The notes: generated by a model from the letters alone, not told the origin. Shown: positions 1 to 9,785, counted from the first letter of the stretch. The stretch is DNA of 51,717 nt from Planctomycetota bacterium (GCA_003694635.1 RFKQ01000075.1:1-51717), one strand, 5' to 3'. Numbers and translations: made by a program.

Positions 1-190
1 CCCCTAACCCCTTTTCCAAAACTTTTCTTCCCGGAACCTTTTTAAAAAAAGGTTCCGGACCTCCAAAAACTTCTGAGCCCTGAAACCCTTTTTAGAAAAA
101 AGTGTTTCAGACTTCCCAAAAACTTTTCCGACGTAAGGGGAACACTTTTTAGAAAAAAAGCTTCCACCACCACCTACCAAAAACCTCTTT
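1..190 (-). repeat. Array of at least 3.5 REP-like units (leader AAGTTTTTGG(R)GG plus 11-13 bp hairpin with GGAAC/GTTCC core), read on the minus strand, immediately 3' of hemC; runs off the left window edge
   Basis: The reverse complement gives GAGGTTTTTGGTAGG...GGAAGCTTTTT/AAAAAGTGTTCC, GAAAAGTTTTTGGGAAGTCTGAAACACTTTTT/AAAAAGGGTTTCAG and GAAGTTTTTGGAGGTCCGGAACCTTTTT/AAAAAGGTTCCGG. The last unit differs at about 3 positions from the unit at 6521-6576. The overlapping ORF 4..231 is only a translation of these repeats. Confidence 0.8.
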
Positions 191-1114
191 TCAAAATTTT
201 TCAAAAATACTCTGGATAATTTTCTCCCCACCCTTCCTCAAAAGTTCCTTAGCAAGCCTCTTCCCCAACTCTTCCGCCCCCCCCGCCTTCCCCGACACCA
301 AAGCATACACCCGCTCCTTTCCCTCCAAATCAAGCAGCACCCCCCGAAGAATAAGCTCCTCCCCCTCTATCTTTCCATACACTCCCAAAGGAAGTTGACA
401 CCCCCCTCCTAAAGCCTGCAAACAAGCCCGCTCCCCCGTAGTGGCCAAAAACGCACCTCTCTCCTCTACACAACCCAGCAACTTACATAATCCTTCCTCA
501 CCCTCCCGGCATACCACCGCTAAACTCCCCTGCCCCGCTGCTGGAAGCATTTCCTCATAAGAAAATGGCTCCACCCCTTTTTGGGAAAAGCCAAGACGCT
601 TTAAGCCGGCCAACGCCAAAATGGTACCATCCCAAAAAGAGCTTTGAACTTTGCGGATCCTTGTCTCAACATTGCCACGAATAGGGACAATTTGCAAATC
701 CGGGCGCAAATACAGCAACTGAGCCCTCCGACGAAGGCTGCCTGTAGCCACCACAGCGCCCCTCGGAAGCTCGGCAAAAGATAGCCCCTTAGGCGAATAA
801 AACGCATCCCTCGCATCCTCACGCTTGGTGATAGCGGCTAACTTTAGGCCAGGAGGAAGGGTAGTCGGCAAATCTTTGAGGCTGTGGACGGCAAAGTCAA
901 TCTCTTTTTGTAAGAGAGCCCAATCTAGCTCTTTGGTAAATGCCCCTGCAGAGAAATGATGAAGGGGTTTATCCCGATTCTTATCGGCACGGGTTTGGAT
1001 ATAACAAACCTTTAGTTGTACCTGGGGATAGTGCTTTTGCAGCTCTCTTTGGACATAATTTGTTTGCCATTGAGCTAAAGGACTTCTACGGCTGCCGACG
1101 CGGAGGATGGTCAT
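191..1114 (-). CDS. hemC: Porphobilinogen deaminase (hydroxymethylbilane synthase)
   Basis: The N-terminus MTILRVGSRRSPLAQWQ and full-length similarity match the HemC pattern (RGNVETR, GSLRRRAQL, ERACLQALGGGCQLPLG). I chose the ATG at 1114; the ORF track starts at a TTG at 1144. The gene overlaps the hemA 3' end by 29 nt. Confidence 0.9.
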   Translation of the reverse strand: MTILRVGSRRSPLAQWQTNYVQRELQKHYPQVQLKVCYIQTRADKNRDKPLHHFSAGAFTKELDWALLQKEIDFAVHSLKDLPTTLPPGLKLAAITKREDARDAFYSPKGLSFAELPRGAVVATGSLRRRAQLLYLRPDLQIVPIRGNVETRIRKVQSSFWDGTILALAGLKRLGFSQKGVEPFSYEEMLPAAGQGSLAVVCREGEEGLCKLLGCVEERGAFLATTGERACLQALGGGCQLPLGVYGKIEGEELILRGVLLDLEGKERVYALVSGKAGGAEELGKRLAKELLRKGGEKIIQSIFEKF

Positions 1115-2375
1115 CTGACTCATACCATTGAGACTGTAGATCAAAGAGTCTTTTGGCTATATTAAGCTTTAATCTACCACAAAGAGTGAATTTTCCCAAT
1201 TGTTTTAGTCTAGTAAATGGATGATGTAAGAGCTTGTTTAGCAAAGCTCGGGTAATGTGGTCTAGGTCTTCCCTCTCTTGAGGAGATAGATGGTGAGAAT
1301 GCTTGTCAAGCTCTTCTTGGCGAATGCTTTCGAGTTTTTCTCGAAGTGCTAGAATTATGGGAGCAGCGCTGCGCCCATTGCTCCAAGTAAGAAAACGTTG
1401 GAGCTCTTTGTAGAGAATATACTCAGCGTAGGGAACTTGCTTTTGACGCTTTTCTAGGTTTTTCTGTACAATATTTTGCACACCATCCAGCGCATACAGC
1501 TGTACAGAAGCTAGCTCGCCAATGGCAGGGTCTAAATTCCGAGGCACCCCAAGGTCAAGAAGTAAAACCGGAGAGGACTTTTGAAAACAGTGGCAAAAGT
1601 CCGATTTGGTAAAAAGAAATTTAGGGGAGTGGGTCGCAGCAATGACGATTTCCATTTGAGGAAGAATGCGCTCTTTCTGAGAGAAAGGAACAAAAATAGC
1701 TCCCCTCTCTCGAGCAAGCCCTTCCCCACGCTTAACAGAACGATTGGTGATCCAAAGTTGCCGAACTCCCTTTTGGCGAAGGTGCCAACTCACCAGCCGC
1801 GCCGTTTCCCCTGCACCGCATAAGAGTACGCACCGACTTTCAAGAGGAGCGCAAACATGTTGGGCAAGCTCCACAGCGGCAGAGGCCACACTCACCGCTC
1901 CCCGGCAAAGTCCAGTGGAGCGGTGCACCTTTTTGGCTGCAGCAAGGGCTTGGGTAAATAGCTTGTCAAGTATCGTTTCGGTGCTGTTGGCTTGAGCCGC
2001 CATCTGCCATGCCTCTTTGACCTGAGCTAGAATTTGCGTCTCGCCTAATATCATCGAATCCAACCCACAGGCTACACGAAAAAGGTGAAAAATCGCTCTC
2101 TGGGCCTCGTAGTAGTAGAAAGTATCTGGAGCTCTCCCCTTTTTCTGCTGGATAAACTCCAAAAGTACTGATAGAATATCAATATCTGGAGAGCTCAAAG
2201 TATAAATTTCTAGGCGGTTGCAAGTGGATAAAATCACCCCCCCTACTATCCCGTTGAGGCTTTGAAGTTCCCGAAGAGCTGGAGGAATCTCTTCTGGTAA
2301 AAAGGCAAGTTTTTCGCGCAAATCCAAAGGGAGAATCTTATGGTTGATGCCAAGTACAGCAATCTTTTGCAACAT
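1086..2375 (-). CDS. hemA: Glutamyl-tRNA reductase
   Basis: MLQKIAVLGINHK, the catalytic-Cys motif STCNRLEIY and the Rossmann motif CGAGETARLV are present. I chose the ATG at 2375 over the upstream in-frame start at 2396. Confidence 0.9.
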   Translation of the reverse strand: MLQKIAVLGINHKILPLDLREKLAFLPEEIPPALRELQSLNGIVGGVILSTCNRLEIYTLSSPDIDILSVLLEFIQQKKGRAPDTFYYYEAQRAIFHLFRVACGLDSMILGETQILAQVKEAWQMAAQANSTETILDKLFTQALAAAKKVHRSTGLCRGAVSVASAAVELAQHVCAPLESRCVLLCGAGETARLVSWHLRQKGVRQLWITNRSVKRGEGLARERGAIFVPFSQKERILPQMEIVIAATHSPKFLFTKSDFCHCFQKSSPVLLLDLGVPRNLDPAIGELASVQLYALDGVQNIVQKNLEKRQKQVPYAEYILYKELQRFLTWSNGRSAAPIILALREKLESIRQEELDKHSHHLSPQEREDLDHITRALLNKLLHHPFTRLKQLGKFTLCGRLKLNIAKRLFDLQSQWYESDDHPPRRQP

Positions 2376-2636
2376 GGATCTCCCAACTTTTCTCAAGATG
2401 GCTATTTAAAATCTAAGAAACAAAAAGAAAATCGGCCCTCTTTCTGGGTTTTCTTAGTATTTTAAAAATATAGCAATCCATGGAAACTCTATTGCGGATA
2501 TACGAACGGAAAAGAGGACTACAAATACACAAATTAGAAACGAAACCAAACTCGTCATGACTCGCAGAAAAGCAAGGCAGTCGCGAACAAAAATTTGATT
2601 TCCAACCTACAAAATCTATCTTAGGAGCAAAAAAAC

Positions 2637-3248
2637 ATGGACGCAATATGGCAATGGGATAAACATCTATTTTACATCCTCAATCAAAACAAAATCCCTT
2701 ACCCCCTAGAGAAATTAGCACTTTGGTTCCATTCCAATCTCAACTACTTAATTCCATTGGCAATAGCAATGGGCATCGCTTTTCTAAAAGGACGCCCCAA
2801 AGAACGCCGTTTTGTAGCGTGGTTATTGATCTTAATCATCGTAGTAGGCCTCGGCAATAAGGGACTGAAATATATCTTCCAGCGCCCACGCCCCCCCTAT
2901 ACCCTAGACAAACATCACCTACAACTAAGGGTCCCCCGTTCCACCATCCCCTCCTCCAGCTACTCCTTTCCCTCCGGACACAGCGCATTTTTCTTCGCCC
3001 TAGCGCTCTACACCAGCTGGCATTACCCTTCTTTGCTCCTCATCCTCCTCTCTTATCTCCTAGCCAGCTTTGTTGCCTTTTCCCGCATCTACCTAGGAGT
3101 TCATTACCCTCTAGATATTTTGGGCGGTTTCGCCTCAGGATCGACATTCGCCGCGCTTATCCTGCTTTTGCAATGCCACTGGACAAAGTCAAAAACCCCT
3201 CCCCAAACCTCCCCAAACCCACAAGATTCCAACCCTAACAAATCCTAG
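2637..3248 (+). CDS. PAP2-family (phosphatidic acid phosphatase type 2 / undecaprenyl-diphosphatase-like) membrane phosphatase
   Basis: The three PAP2 signature motifs are present: KYIFQRPRP, PSGHS and SRIYLGVHYPLD. There are multiple hydrophobic helices, and the SD-like GGAG lies 8 nt upstream of the ATG. Confidence 0.85.
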   Translation: MDAIWQWDKHLFYILNQNKIPYPLEKLALWFHSNLNYLIPLAIAMGIAFLKGRPKERRFVAWLLILIIVVGLGNKGLKYIFQRPRPPYTLDKHHLQLRVPRSTIPSSSYSFPSGHSAFFFALALYTSWHYPSLLLILLSYLLASFVAFSRIYLGVHYPLDILGGFASGSTFAALILLLQCHWTKSKTPPQTSPNPQDSNPNKS

Positions 3249-3425
3249 GAAGCTGATCCCCCTAACATAGATACATAGCCGTGGCACCACACATCGCTAG
3301 GCCATTCACGGTACCATAGACGGCCAATTTTCCAATGTCCCCCCGGGGAAAATCTGAGAGCCAAACCAAACTTCTCTCTAGCGTCGTATTCTCGATATTC
3401 TGGTCGAAGACCTAAGCCGCTTTGC

Positions 3426-4982
3426 TCAATTTCTCTCATCCCCCGCCATGCGCGGAGGACAACGTGAGAAAAAAAGAAACTGGATTAAACTTTCTATATT
3501 TTTTTGTATAGGATGAGCTGTATTCAGAGTGAAATCCGCTGGGACAAAGCAAGCATTCCTTTTCTGCTGCGCAAAAATCGACTCTCGTCCGTCAGAAATG
3601 GAGGGTTCGCTTTCCCTCTTTTTTAAGCGCGCTAGGATGGCGTCCTCTGGCGCGGTTAGAAGAACCTTCACAAGGTGGCAAGAGGGGGAAAAGAAAGCCC
3701 AATAGCGAGGGTCAGAAAAACTACCATCTAAGAGAGTGGCTCGAGCGAGCTGATCTTTCCGCTTTACAAAATTTGCCAAATCTTGGTAGAGCTCCAAAGA
3801 GTGTTGTTTGGAATAGATCCCCTTGCCGTACTCTTCATAAACTTTGGTATCTGGAGCTAGATGGTGGCGCTGTTTTCTAAGCTGGTCGGTATTTTTGTAG
3901 CTGAGAGGAAAGTTTTTAAGAAGGTGCGATGCCAAGGTACTTTTGCCAGTCCCCATAAGACCGTAGAGGACGATATGCTTGGGCTTTTCCAGGTGCAGGC
4001 TATAAAAAGAAGCCAACTGAGCTAAGCGTTCAAATTCTTTTCGCTTCTGGTGGAAATTGGGCCAACTTTTCCCCTTCTCTTCCAGCAAAAAACCGATCAC
4101 CTTCGCCCGAACATGGGCTCGATAACATTTGTAAAAATTCAATAGAGAGCGGCTTGCTTGATCATGATAAATTTTGAAAAATCCCTTCATCAGCGCATCC
4201 GAAAGCTCCACCTTACCTTCCTTGTCGAATTCCATGGCCAAAAAGCCAACCTCAGCAACCACATCGTTAAACCGGAAGCGATGGTTAAATTCAATGCAAT
4301 CGAGCATTTGCCATTTCCCCTGATGCCAGAAGACGTGCTCTAGGCGCAGATCCCCATGCCCGTCTTTGATATGTTTTTCTACGCGGGATTGAAAAAGACT
4401 TTTATGTTGATGCAAAAATCGATTCATGGCCTGTTGCATGGAGGAAAAATAGGGAAAACGGTGCTGGAAACGCTTTGTCTGCTCAAAATTTTCTTGGACG
4501 TTTTTACAGATCACGTCGTGGTTTCCCCACCTCTTTGCATCCTCCAGATTAGAGGGAAGGTTTTTTAATAGGATGGCGATTTCCTCTCCGAGCTGATGCA
4601 ATTGCTGTTGGGTAAGAGAATCGTGTTTGAGTTGGTAGGAAAGAAAACTTGTAGAAGGGATGCGCTTCATTTTTAAAACATATTCGAGCGCCGTAGGTTT
4701 TGCCTCAAGAGGAAGAAGCCGATATCGCTGCTTTTGGCGAACCAGCTTCAGGACCTCCAGGTAAATGCCACTACAGAAACGGCTATTGAGTTCTTTTTCC
4801 AAAAGCGAGTACTTCTTTCGCTGCTCTAGTGTACGGAAATCCAAAAACCCCAACGAGAGTTCTTTTTTTACCTTATACACGTACTCCGAAGTTAGAAAGA
4901 CCACGGAAATATGGGTCTCCACCACCTCCAAAGGTTGAAGGATTTCTCTAAGAATGGAAAGAGTGTCAGAAAAAGCCAACAT
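3426..4982 (-). CDS. Bifunctional aminoglycoside-phosphotransferase-like kinase / P-loop ATP-binding protein
   Basis: The N-terminal half is APH/choline-kinase-like (VETHISVVFL..YKVKK, HGDLRLEHVF). The C-terminal half has the Walker A motif GLMGTGKST. The start is ambiguous: ATG at 4982 or TTG at 5012. Confidence 0.75.
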   Translation of the reverse strand: MLAFSDTLSILREILQPLEVVETHISVVFLTSEYVYKVKKELSLGFLDFRTLEQRKKYSLLEKELNSRFCSGIYLEVLKLVRQKQRYRLLPLEAKPTALEYVLKMKRIPSTSFLSYQLKHDSLTQQQLHQLGEEIAILLKNLPSNLEDAKRWGNHDVICKNVQENFEQTKRFQHRFPYFSSMQQAMNRFLHQHKSLFQSRVEKHIKDGHGDLRLEHVFWHQGKWQMLDCIEFNHRFRFNDVVAEVGFLAMEFDKEGKVELSDALMKGFFKIYHDQASRSLLNFYKCYRAHVRAKVIGFLLEEKGKSWPNFHQKRKEFERLAQLASFYSLHLEKPKHIVLYGLMGTGKSTLASHLLKNFPLSYKNTDQLRKQRHHLAPDTKVYEEYGKGIYSKQHSLELYQDLANFVKRKDQLARATLLDGSFSDPRYWAFFSPSCHLVKVLLTAPEDAILARLKKRESEPSISDGRESIFAQQKRNACFVPADFTLNTAHPIQKNIESLIQFLFFSRCPPRMAGDERN

Positions 4983-5361
4983 AAGATCGCATTTGGTTGA
5001 AAAGCGTTGCAATTTTTTTAGATTTGCTAATATATAATAGCAAACTCTATGCCAGCTCTCCAGCAGCTAGAGAAAGTGTAAACGCAAAAAAGAATCCCGT
5101 TGCGGGTAAAAAAAGTATTTTTCCAACAAATCTTTGCAAGTACTTCGGCCTTATGCCGATGGAAAGGCAATGAAAAAATCACAAATCCCAGCTGGTGGTA
5201 GCGAATTTTCTCCCCTACAGGCAAAGGGAGAGCTCAAAACTTTCACTCAAACCTCCGCAGAAAAGAGCTGGCTTCATTCTCGGACCTGTGCGGGGGCGAG
5301 AGTCTCTTTTTTCGAGACACCATTCTTGAAATTCGAGAGTAACCTCAGTTTGGAGTAAGCC

Positions 5362-6426
5362 ATGGAATCCATTCTTATCACAGGAGGCGCTGGATTTGTT
5401 GGCTCCTATCTAGCCTTGAAATGGAAAGAAAAACAAAGCGCCTGCAAAATTAAAGTTCTGGACAATCTACGACGCCGAGGTTCTGAGCTCAACCTACCTC
5501 GTCTAAAGAAAGCGGGGATTGAATTTTTCCACGGCGATATCCGCCTACCAGAGGATTTGGAACAGGTAGGCGAGGTCCAGCTTCTCGTGGAATGCTCCGC
5601 CGATCCCTCCGTCCAGGCGGGGGTAAACCATTCGCCCGCTTATGTGATTGGCACCAACCTAACAGGGACTGTGAATTGCTTAGAATACGCCAGAAAGCAA
5701 GGCGCGAATTTCCTTTTTCTCTCCACCAGCCGGGTGTATCCCATCCCCTTGCTTCGCCAAATTCAGCTAAGGGAAACCCCAACCCGTTTTGAGCTTATGA
5801 ACGATCAAAATCTTCCGGGCGTGAGTGAGGAGGGCATTTCTGAAGATTTTCCTCTAGAGGGCCATCGCAGCTTCTATGGCGCAACCAAACTCGCCTCTGA
5901 GCATATTATCCAAGAATATGTGGCAAATTATGACCTAAAGGCTGTGATCAACCGCTGCAGCGTTCTCGCCGGGAGCTGGCAGATGGGCAAAGTGGATCAA
6001 GGTGTGGTTAGCCTGTGGATGATACGCCATTTTTTTCGCCAATCGCTGCGCTACATTGGCTTTGGAGGAACAGGCAAACAAGTGCGCGATGTTTTGCACC
6101 TCCAAGATCTTTTCCAGCTCCTCTGGCATCAGCACAAGGAAATACAACAGCACGCTGGCAAGGTGTACAACGTAGGAGGAGGACGAGAAAATAGCGTTTC
6201 TTTGCGCGAGCTTACCTCTCTTTGCGAAAAGTACACTGGCAACTCCGTAGAAATTCTCCCTCAACCCCAGACCAATCCACAGGATATACCGCTCTACATC
6301 AGCGATTGCCGCCGAGTAAGAAATGTTTTCAACTGGCACCCCACGGTCTCGATAGAGGAAATTCTCGAAGAAATCGCTAGGTGGTTGCGTGACTATAGGA
6401 GTCAGCTTGAGTATGTTTTCACCTGA
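5362..6426 (+). CDS. Extended-SDR NAD-dependent sugar-nucleotide epimerase/dehydratase (CDP-paratose 2-epimerase-like)
   Basis: It has the GGAGFVGSYL Rossmann motif, STSRVY and the catalytic YGATK (YxxxK). Confidence 0.8.
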   Translation: MESILITGGAGFVGSYLALKWKEKQSACKIKVLDNLRRRGSELNLPRLKKAGIEFFHGDIRLPEDLEQVGEVQLLVECSADPSVQAGVNHSPAYVIGTNLTGTVNCLEYARKQGANFLFLSTSRVYPIPLLRQIQLRETPTRFELMNDQNLPGVSEEGISEDFPLEGHRSFYGATKLASEHIIQEYVANYDLKAVINRCSVLAGSWQMGKVDQGVVSLWMIRHFFRQSLRYIGFGGTGKQVRDVLHLQDLFQLLWHQHKEIQQHAGKVYNVGGGRENSVSLRELTSLCEKYTGNSVEILPQPQTNPQDIPLYISDCRRVRNVFNWHPTVSIEEILEEIARWLRDYRSQLEYVFT

Positions 6427-6462
6427 GTTTTGGCTAAGAATCGTGAGGTGAGGTGATCAACG

Positions 6463-6690
6463 AAAGTTTTTGGGAGGGAGTGGTAGGGGGAAACCTTAGA
6501 GGGTTCCTCCTACCACAGAGAAGTTTTTGGAGGTACGGAACCTTTTTTCTAAAAAGGTTCCGAGAAGAAAAGTTTTTGGGAGGGGGTCGGTAGGGGGAAC
6601 ACTTTTTCCAAAAAGGGTTCCCCCTATGGCTCGAAAGTTTTTGGAGGTACGGAACCTTTTTTCTAAAAAGGTTCCGAGAAGAAAAGTTTT
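6463..6690 (+). repeat. Four tandem REP-like units of about 57 nt in two alternating subtypes; includes a 56-bp perfect direct repeat (6521-6576 = 6635-6690)
   Basis: Each unit has the leader (G)AAAGTTTTTGG(G)AGG followed by a hairpin. Examples are CGGAACCTTTTT-tct-AAAAAGGTTCCG (12 bp perfect, 6536-6562) and TAGGGGGAACaCTTTTT-cc-AAAAAGgGTTCCCCCTA. ORF 6527..6748 is a translation artefact of the array. Confidence 0.9.
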
Positions 6691-6708
6691 GAAAAAGAAG
6701 AGGAAAAT

Positions 6709-7773
6709 ATGGCTAAAATTGCGGTTATCACTGGTTCTGCTGGTTTGATTGGATCGGAGTCGGTTTATTTTTTAGGGGACAAGATGGATTTGGTTGTGGG
6801 GATTGACAATGATATGAGAAGATATTTTTTTGGCGATAGTGCTTCCACTTTATGGTGTCGTCGGGAGTTGGAGGAGCAGGTGGCAAATTATCGCCATTAT
6901 TCTGTAGACATACGAGATAAGGACTCGATTGAGCGGATATTTCGGGAGTATGGGGAAGATATCGATCTTATCATACACACCGCTGCGCAGCCTTCCCATG
7001 ATTGGGCGGCTAGGGAGCCGTTTACAGATTTTCATATCAACGCCACAGGGACATTGATTTTACTGGAGGCCACAAGGCAGTTTTGCAGCAAGGCCAAATT
7101 TATTTTTACTTCTACCAACAAGGTTTACGGGGACCGCCCCAACACTCTTCCGCTGAGAGAATTGGAGAAGCGCTACGAGTTGGAGGAAACTCATCCTTTT
7201 TATAGGGGAATTGATGAGAGCATGAGCATCGACCAATCTCTGCATAGTTTATTTGGTGCTTCCAAGGTAGCTGCGGATATTTTGGTCCAGGAGTACGCCC
7301 GTTATTTTGGAATGTTCACCGTTTGTTTTCGGGGGGGATGTCTCACCGGTGGGCGCCATAGTGGCGCCGAGCTTCACGGTTTTTTATCGTATTTGATGCG
7401 GTGCGCAATTACGAAAAGCCATTATACCATTTATGGATACAAGGGGAAGCAGGTGAGAGACAACATACACAGTTATGATTTGGTGAATGCGTTTTGGCAT
7501 TATTACCAAAACCCGCGTCCTGGTGGAGAGGTGTACAACATTGGCGGAGGGCGTCATAGCCATTGCTCGGTGTTGGAGGCGATGGATTTATGTCAAGAAA
7601 TTAGTGGAAATAAAATCAATTATACCATTTCCCCTACCAATCGTATTGGGGATCATATCTGGTGGATTAGCGATGTTAACAAATTTCGCTCCCACTATCC
7701 GGAATGGGAATACAAGTATGATCTTAAGGAAATTTTATCTGAAATTTATCGTCTATGGATGAAAAAAATTTAA
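6709..7773 (+). CDS. Extended-SDR NAD-dependent epimerase/dehydratase family protein
   Basis: It has the GSAGLIGSE Rossmann motif, TSTNKVYGD, and the position of YxxxK reads FGASK (see findings). Confidence 0.8.
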   Translation: MAKIAVITGSAGLIGSESVYFLGDKMDLVVGIDNDMRRYFFGDSASTLWCRRELEEQVANYRHYSVDIRDKDSIERIFREYGEDIDLIIHTAAQPSHDWAAREPFTDFHINATGTLILLEATRQFCSKAKFIFTSTNKVYGDRPNTLPLRELEKRYELEETHPFYRGIDESMSIDQSLHSLFGASKVAADILVQEYARYFGMFTVCFRGGCLTGGRHSGAELHGFLSYLMRCAITKSHYTIYGYKGKQVRDNIHSYDLVNAFWHYYQNPRPGGEVYNIGGGRHSHCSVLEAMDLCQEISGNKINYTISPTNRIGDHIWWISDVNKFRSHYPEWEYKYDLKEILSEIYRLWMKKI

Positions 7774-9563
7774 CAAATCAAAGCCGCCCAGAAATCTCTA
7801 TTGTAGTTCCGGCCCACAATGAGGAGGAGAATCTAATCCCCCTAGTGGAAAAACTGCAAAACACCTTGCAGAAGGATTCTAAAAAAAGGGAATACGAAAT
7901 CGTTCTTGTGGATGACAATAGCACGGATGGTACCCCAGCGCTGGTGGACAAACTTGCCAACGAACACCCGCGCATACGCGCCGTTCATCGATACAAAGAT
8001 GGCGGCTTTGGCAACGCGGTAAAGCGAGGGCTTCGGGAAGCCCAAGGAAAGTTTATTGTACCGGTGATGGCGGATCTTTCTGAAGAGCCTGAAGACATTT
8101 TAAAATTGGTGGACAAACTGGAAGAAGGATATGATATTGCGTATGGCTCCCGTTTTTGCAAAGGCGGGAGCGTAGAGGGATATCCACGCTTAAAGTTGAT
8201 CGTAAACAGGTTTGGCAACCACTTAATTCGATTTCTTTTTGGAATTTCTCATAAAGATATTACCAACGCTTTTAAGGCTTACCGCCGAGAGGTCTTGGAA
8301 GCTGTAGGGATTGAGAATTTGAAATCATCGGACTTTTCGCTTACGATTGAAATCCCCTTAAAAGCGCATATCCTAGGTTTTAAAAGCGCAGAGGTCCCCG
8401 TTCGTTGGTACGGCCGGCAAAAGGGAGAAGCCAAATTAAAACTCTCGGAACACTGCCATAAATACGGTTTCCGTCTCCTTCAGATGTTTTTCCAAGGCAA
8501 TCAACTGGCCCTCCGAGAGCTGTTTGCTTCCATTGTGGGGAAGTCAAAAAAAAGAAGCATTCTCTATTTTCTCCTAGGCCTAGGGTTGGTATTGGCGTTG
8601 ATCCATTTGGCAGGATTGGCAAACATACAAGCTCTTATATTCAAAATATCGCCTTATTTCATTTTGGCTAGTCTTGGGGCGATTTTAAGCAGCTTTATTT
8701 TGCGCACATGGCGCTGGAGTGTGCTTTTGCGAAGCTGCGGTTATCGAGAAGAACGCAGCATTTTGTTCAAAAGTATCCTAAGCGGGTGGTTTTTAAACTA
8801 TCTTCTGCCCTTTCGGCTAGGAGATGCAGCTAGAGCGTTGAGCTTAAAAACCACTCGCCATAAGCCGCTCCTGATTTCTTTTTTTACCATTGTGCTGGAG
8901 CGACTGATGGATCTGGCAATCTTTTCTCTAGTCCTGGCCTATGCATGGGGGAGGCTTTCTTTCTCAAAAGAACAGTACACAAGCCTGCTCTGGATCGGAG
9001 TGGCAGTTGCTCTGGCGATCGGATTCACGATTTTGCTATGGAAATATGAGAAATGGCTGCTGAAATGTTTGCCAAAATTTCTTTTTGACCTCCAAGAAGA
9101 ACTGCGTCTATTTCCCCAAGCCGCTCGATCCATCTTTCAAAATCCTTTTGCGCTAGCCCTTTGCTTCGCGATCACAGTTGGCATTTGGTTTTTCGAAATC
9201 GCTAGCCTCTATTTCATCGGCAAAGGCCTAGGGCTGGATTTGCCCTTCTGGGAAAGCACGCTAGCTGGGATAAGTGCCTTCCTCGCCCAAGCCTTTCCCA
9301 CAATACCCGCAGGACTCGGCATACACGAAGCAGCCATTGCAAGCACCCTATACAGTAAAGGTATCCCTTTTGATCAAGGACTTTCCTTGGCCCTATTGGA
9401 TCATTTCTGCAGAATGCTGGTGATCTTTGGGCTCGGGTTAGTGGCCACTATACACCTTGGATTTGAATCCAGGCACTTTTTCCACCACCGCTCCCGCGCT
9501 TGGGAAAAAGTAAGAAAATCAACCAAAAGCAAACCACAGACTTCTGGGTTTGGAGACGAATAA
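7755..9563 (+). CDS. Family-2 glycosyltransferase (Dpm1/polyprenyl-phosphate sugar synthase-like) fused to a lysyl-PG-synthase-type (UPF0104, flippase-like) transmembrane domain
   Basis: The N-terminus is [14 protein letters not shown]...VDDNSTDGT (GT-A fold, DxD-like). The C-terminal half has about 8 hydrophobic helices with [12 protein letters not shown], typical of the LPG_synthase_TM family. It overlaps the upstream gene by 19 nt. Confidence 0.8.
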   Translation: MDEKNLTNQSRPEISIVVPAHNEEENLIPLVEKLQNTLQKDSKKREYEIVLVDDNSTDGTPALVDKLANEHPRIRAVHRYKDGGFGNAVKRGLREAQGKFIVPVMADLSEEPEDILKLVDKLEEGYDIAYGSRFCKGGSVEGYPRLKLIVNRFGNHLIRFLFGISHKDITNAFKAYRREVLEAVGIENLKSSDFSLTIEIPLKAHILGFKSAEVPVRWYGRQKGEAKLKLSEHCHKYGFRLLQMFFQGNQLALRELFASIVGKSKKRSILYFLLGLGLVLALIHLAGLANIQALIFKISPYFILASLGAILSSFILRTWRWSVLLRSCGYREERSILFKSILSGWFLNYLLPFRLGDAARALSLKTTRHKPLLISFFTIVLERLMDLAIFSLVLAYAWGRLSFSKEQYTSLLWIGVAVALAIGFTILLWKYEKWLLKCLPKFLFDLQEELRLFPQAARSIFQNPFALALCFAITVGIWFFEIASLYFIGKGLGLDLPFWESTLAGISAFLAQAFPTIPAGLGIHEAAIASTLYSKGIPFDQGLSLALLDHFCRMLVIFGLGLVATIHLGFESRHFFHHRSRAWEKVRKSTKSKPQTSGFGDE

Positions 9564-9785
9564 GCTCCAAAAGTAAGGATGACAGCCCCACAAAAATAAA
9601 CGCAAAACCAAATGCTCAAGCTCCGAAAGGACAGCCACAGACAAAAATCAACGCGTTCCAAGATGCAAATCTCTTTTCTCAAAACATTCAAAAATGTCTA
9701 GAATTCAGAAAAAATTTCCTTAAAATAACACTAGAAAACATTTCTCGATAATGATGATCTATTTTGAATTTGGTGATGATAGCAT

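Noticed and set aside
4-231. 75-aa ORF (and the similar 73-aa ORF at 6527..6748) with the recurring peptide FLEVRNLF(S/L)KK
   Set aside because: Both are translations of the intergenic repeat arrays. The peptide repetition mirrors the DNA repeats, there is no SD, and the orientation is inconsistent with the neighbouring genes.
3245-3439. 64-aa Trp-rich minus-strand ORF overlapping the stop of the APH/P-loop gene by 14 nt
   Set aside because: Translational-coupling geometry is possible, but there is no spacer between the G-run and the ATG and no family was recognised. It also lies in the convergent terminator zone with PAP2. It is left unannotated and would need conservation evidence.
5085-5125. 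Small hairpin CCCG-ttg-CGGG flanked by A/T runs, as a possible terminator
   Set aside because: The stem is only 4 bp. On the minus strand it would terminate a transcript for which no upstream gene exists, and on the + strand no U-tract follows.
6463-6690. Regularly spaced ~57-nt repeats that superficially resemble a small CRISPR array
   Set aside because: The inter-repeat segments are themselves conserved palindromic hairpins in two alternating types, not unique spacers. There are only four units. The same units occur inverted at 1-190 and as half-units at 48615-48672. No cas genes are in the window. This is a REP/BIME-like family, not CRISPR.
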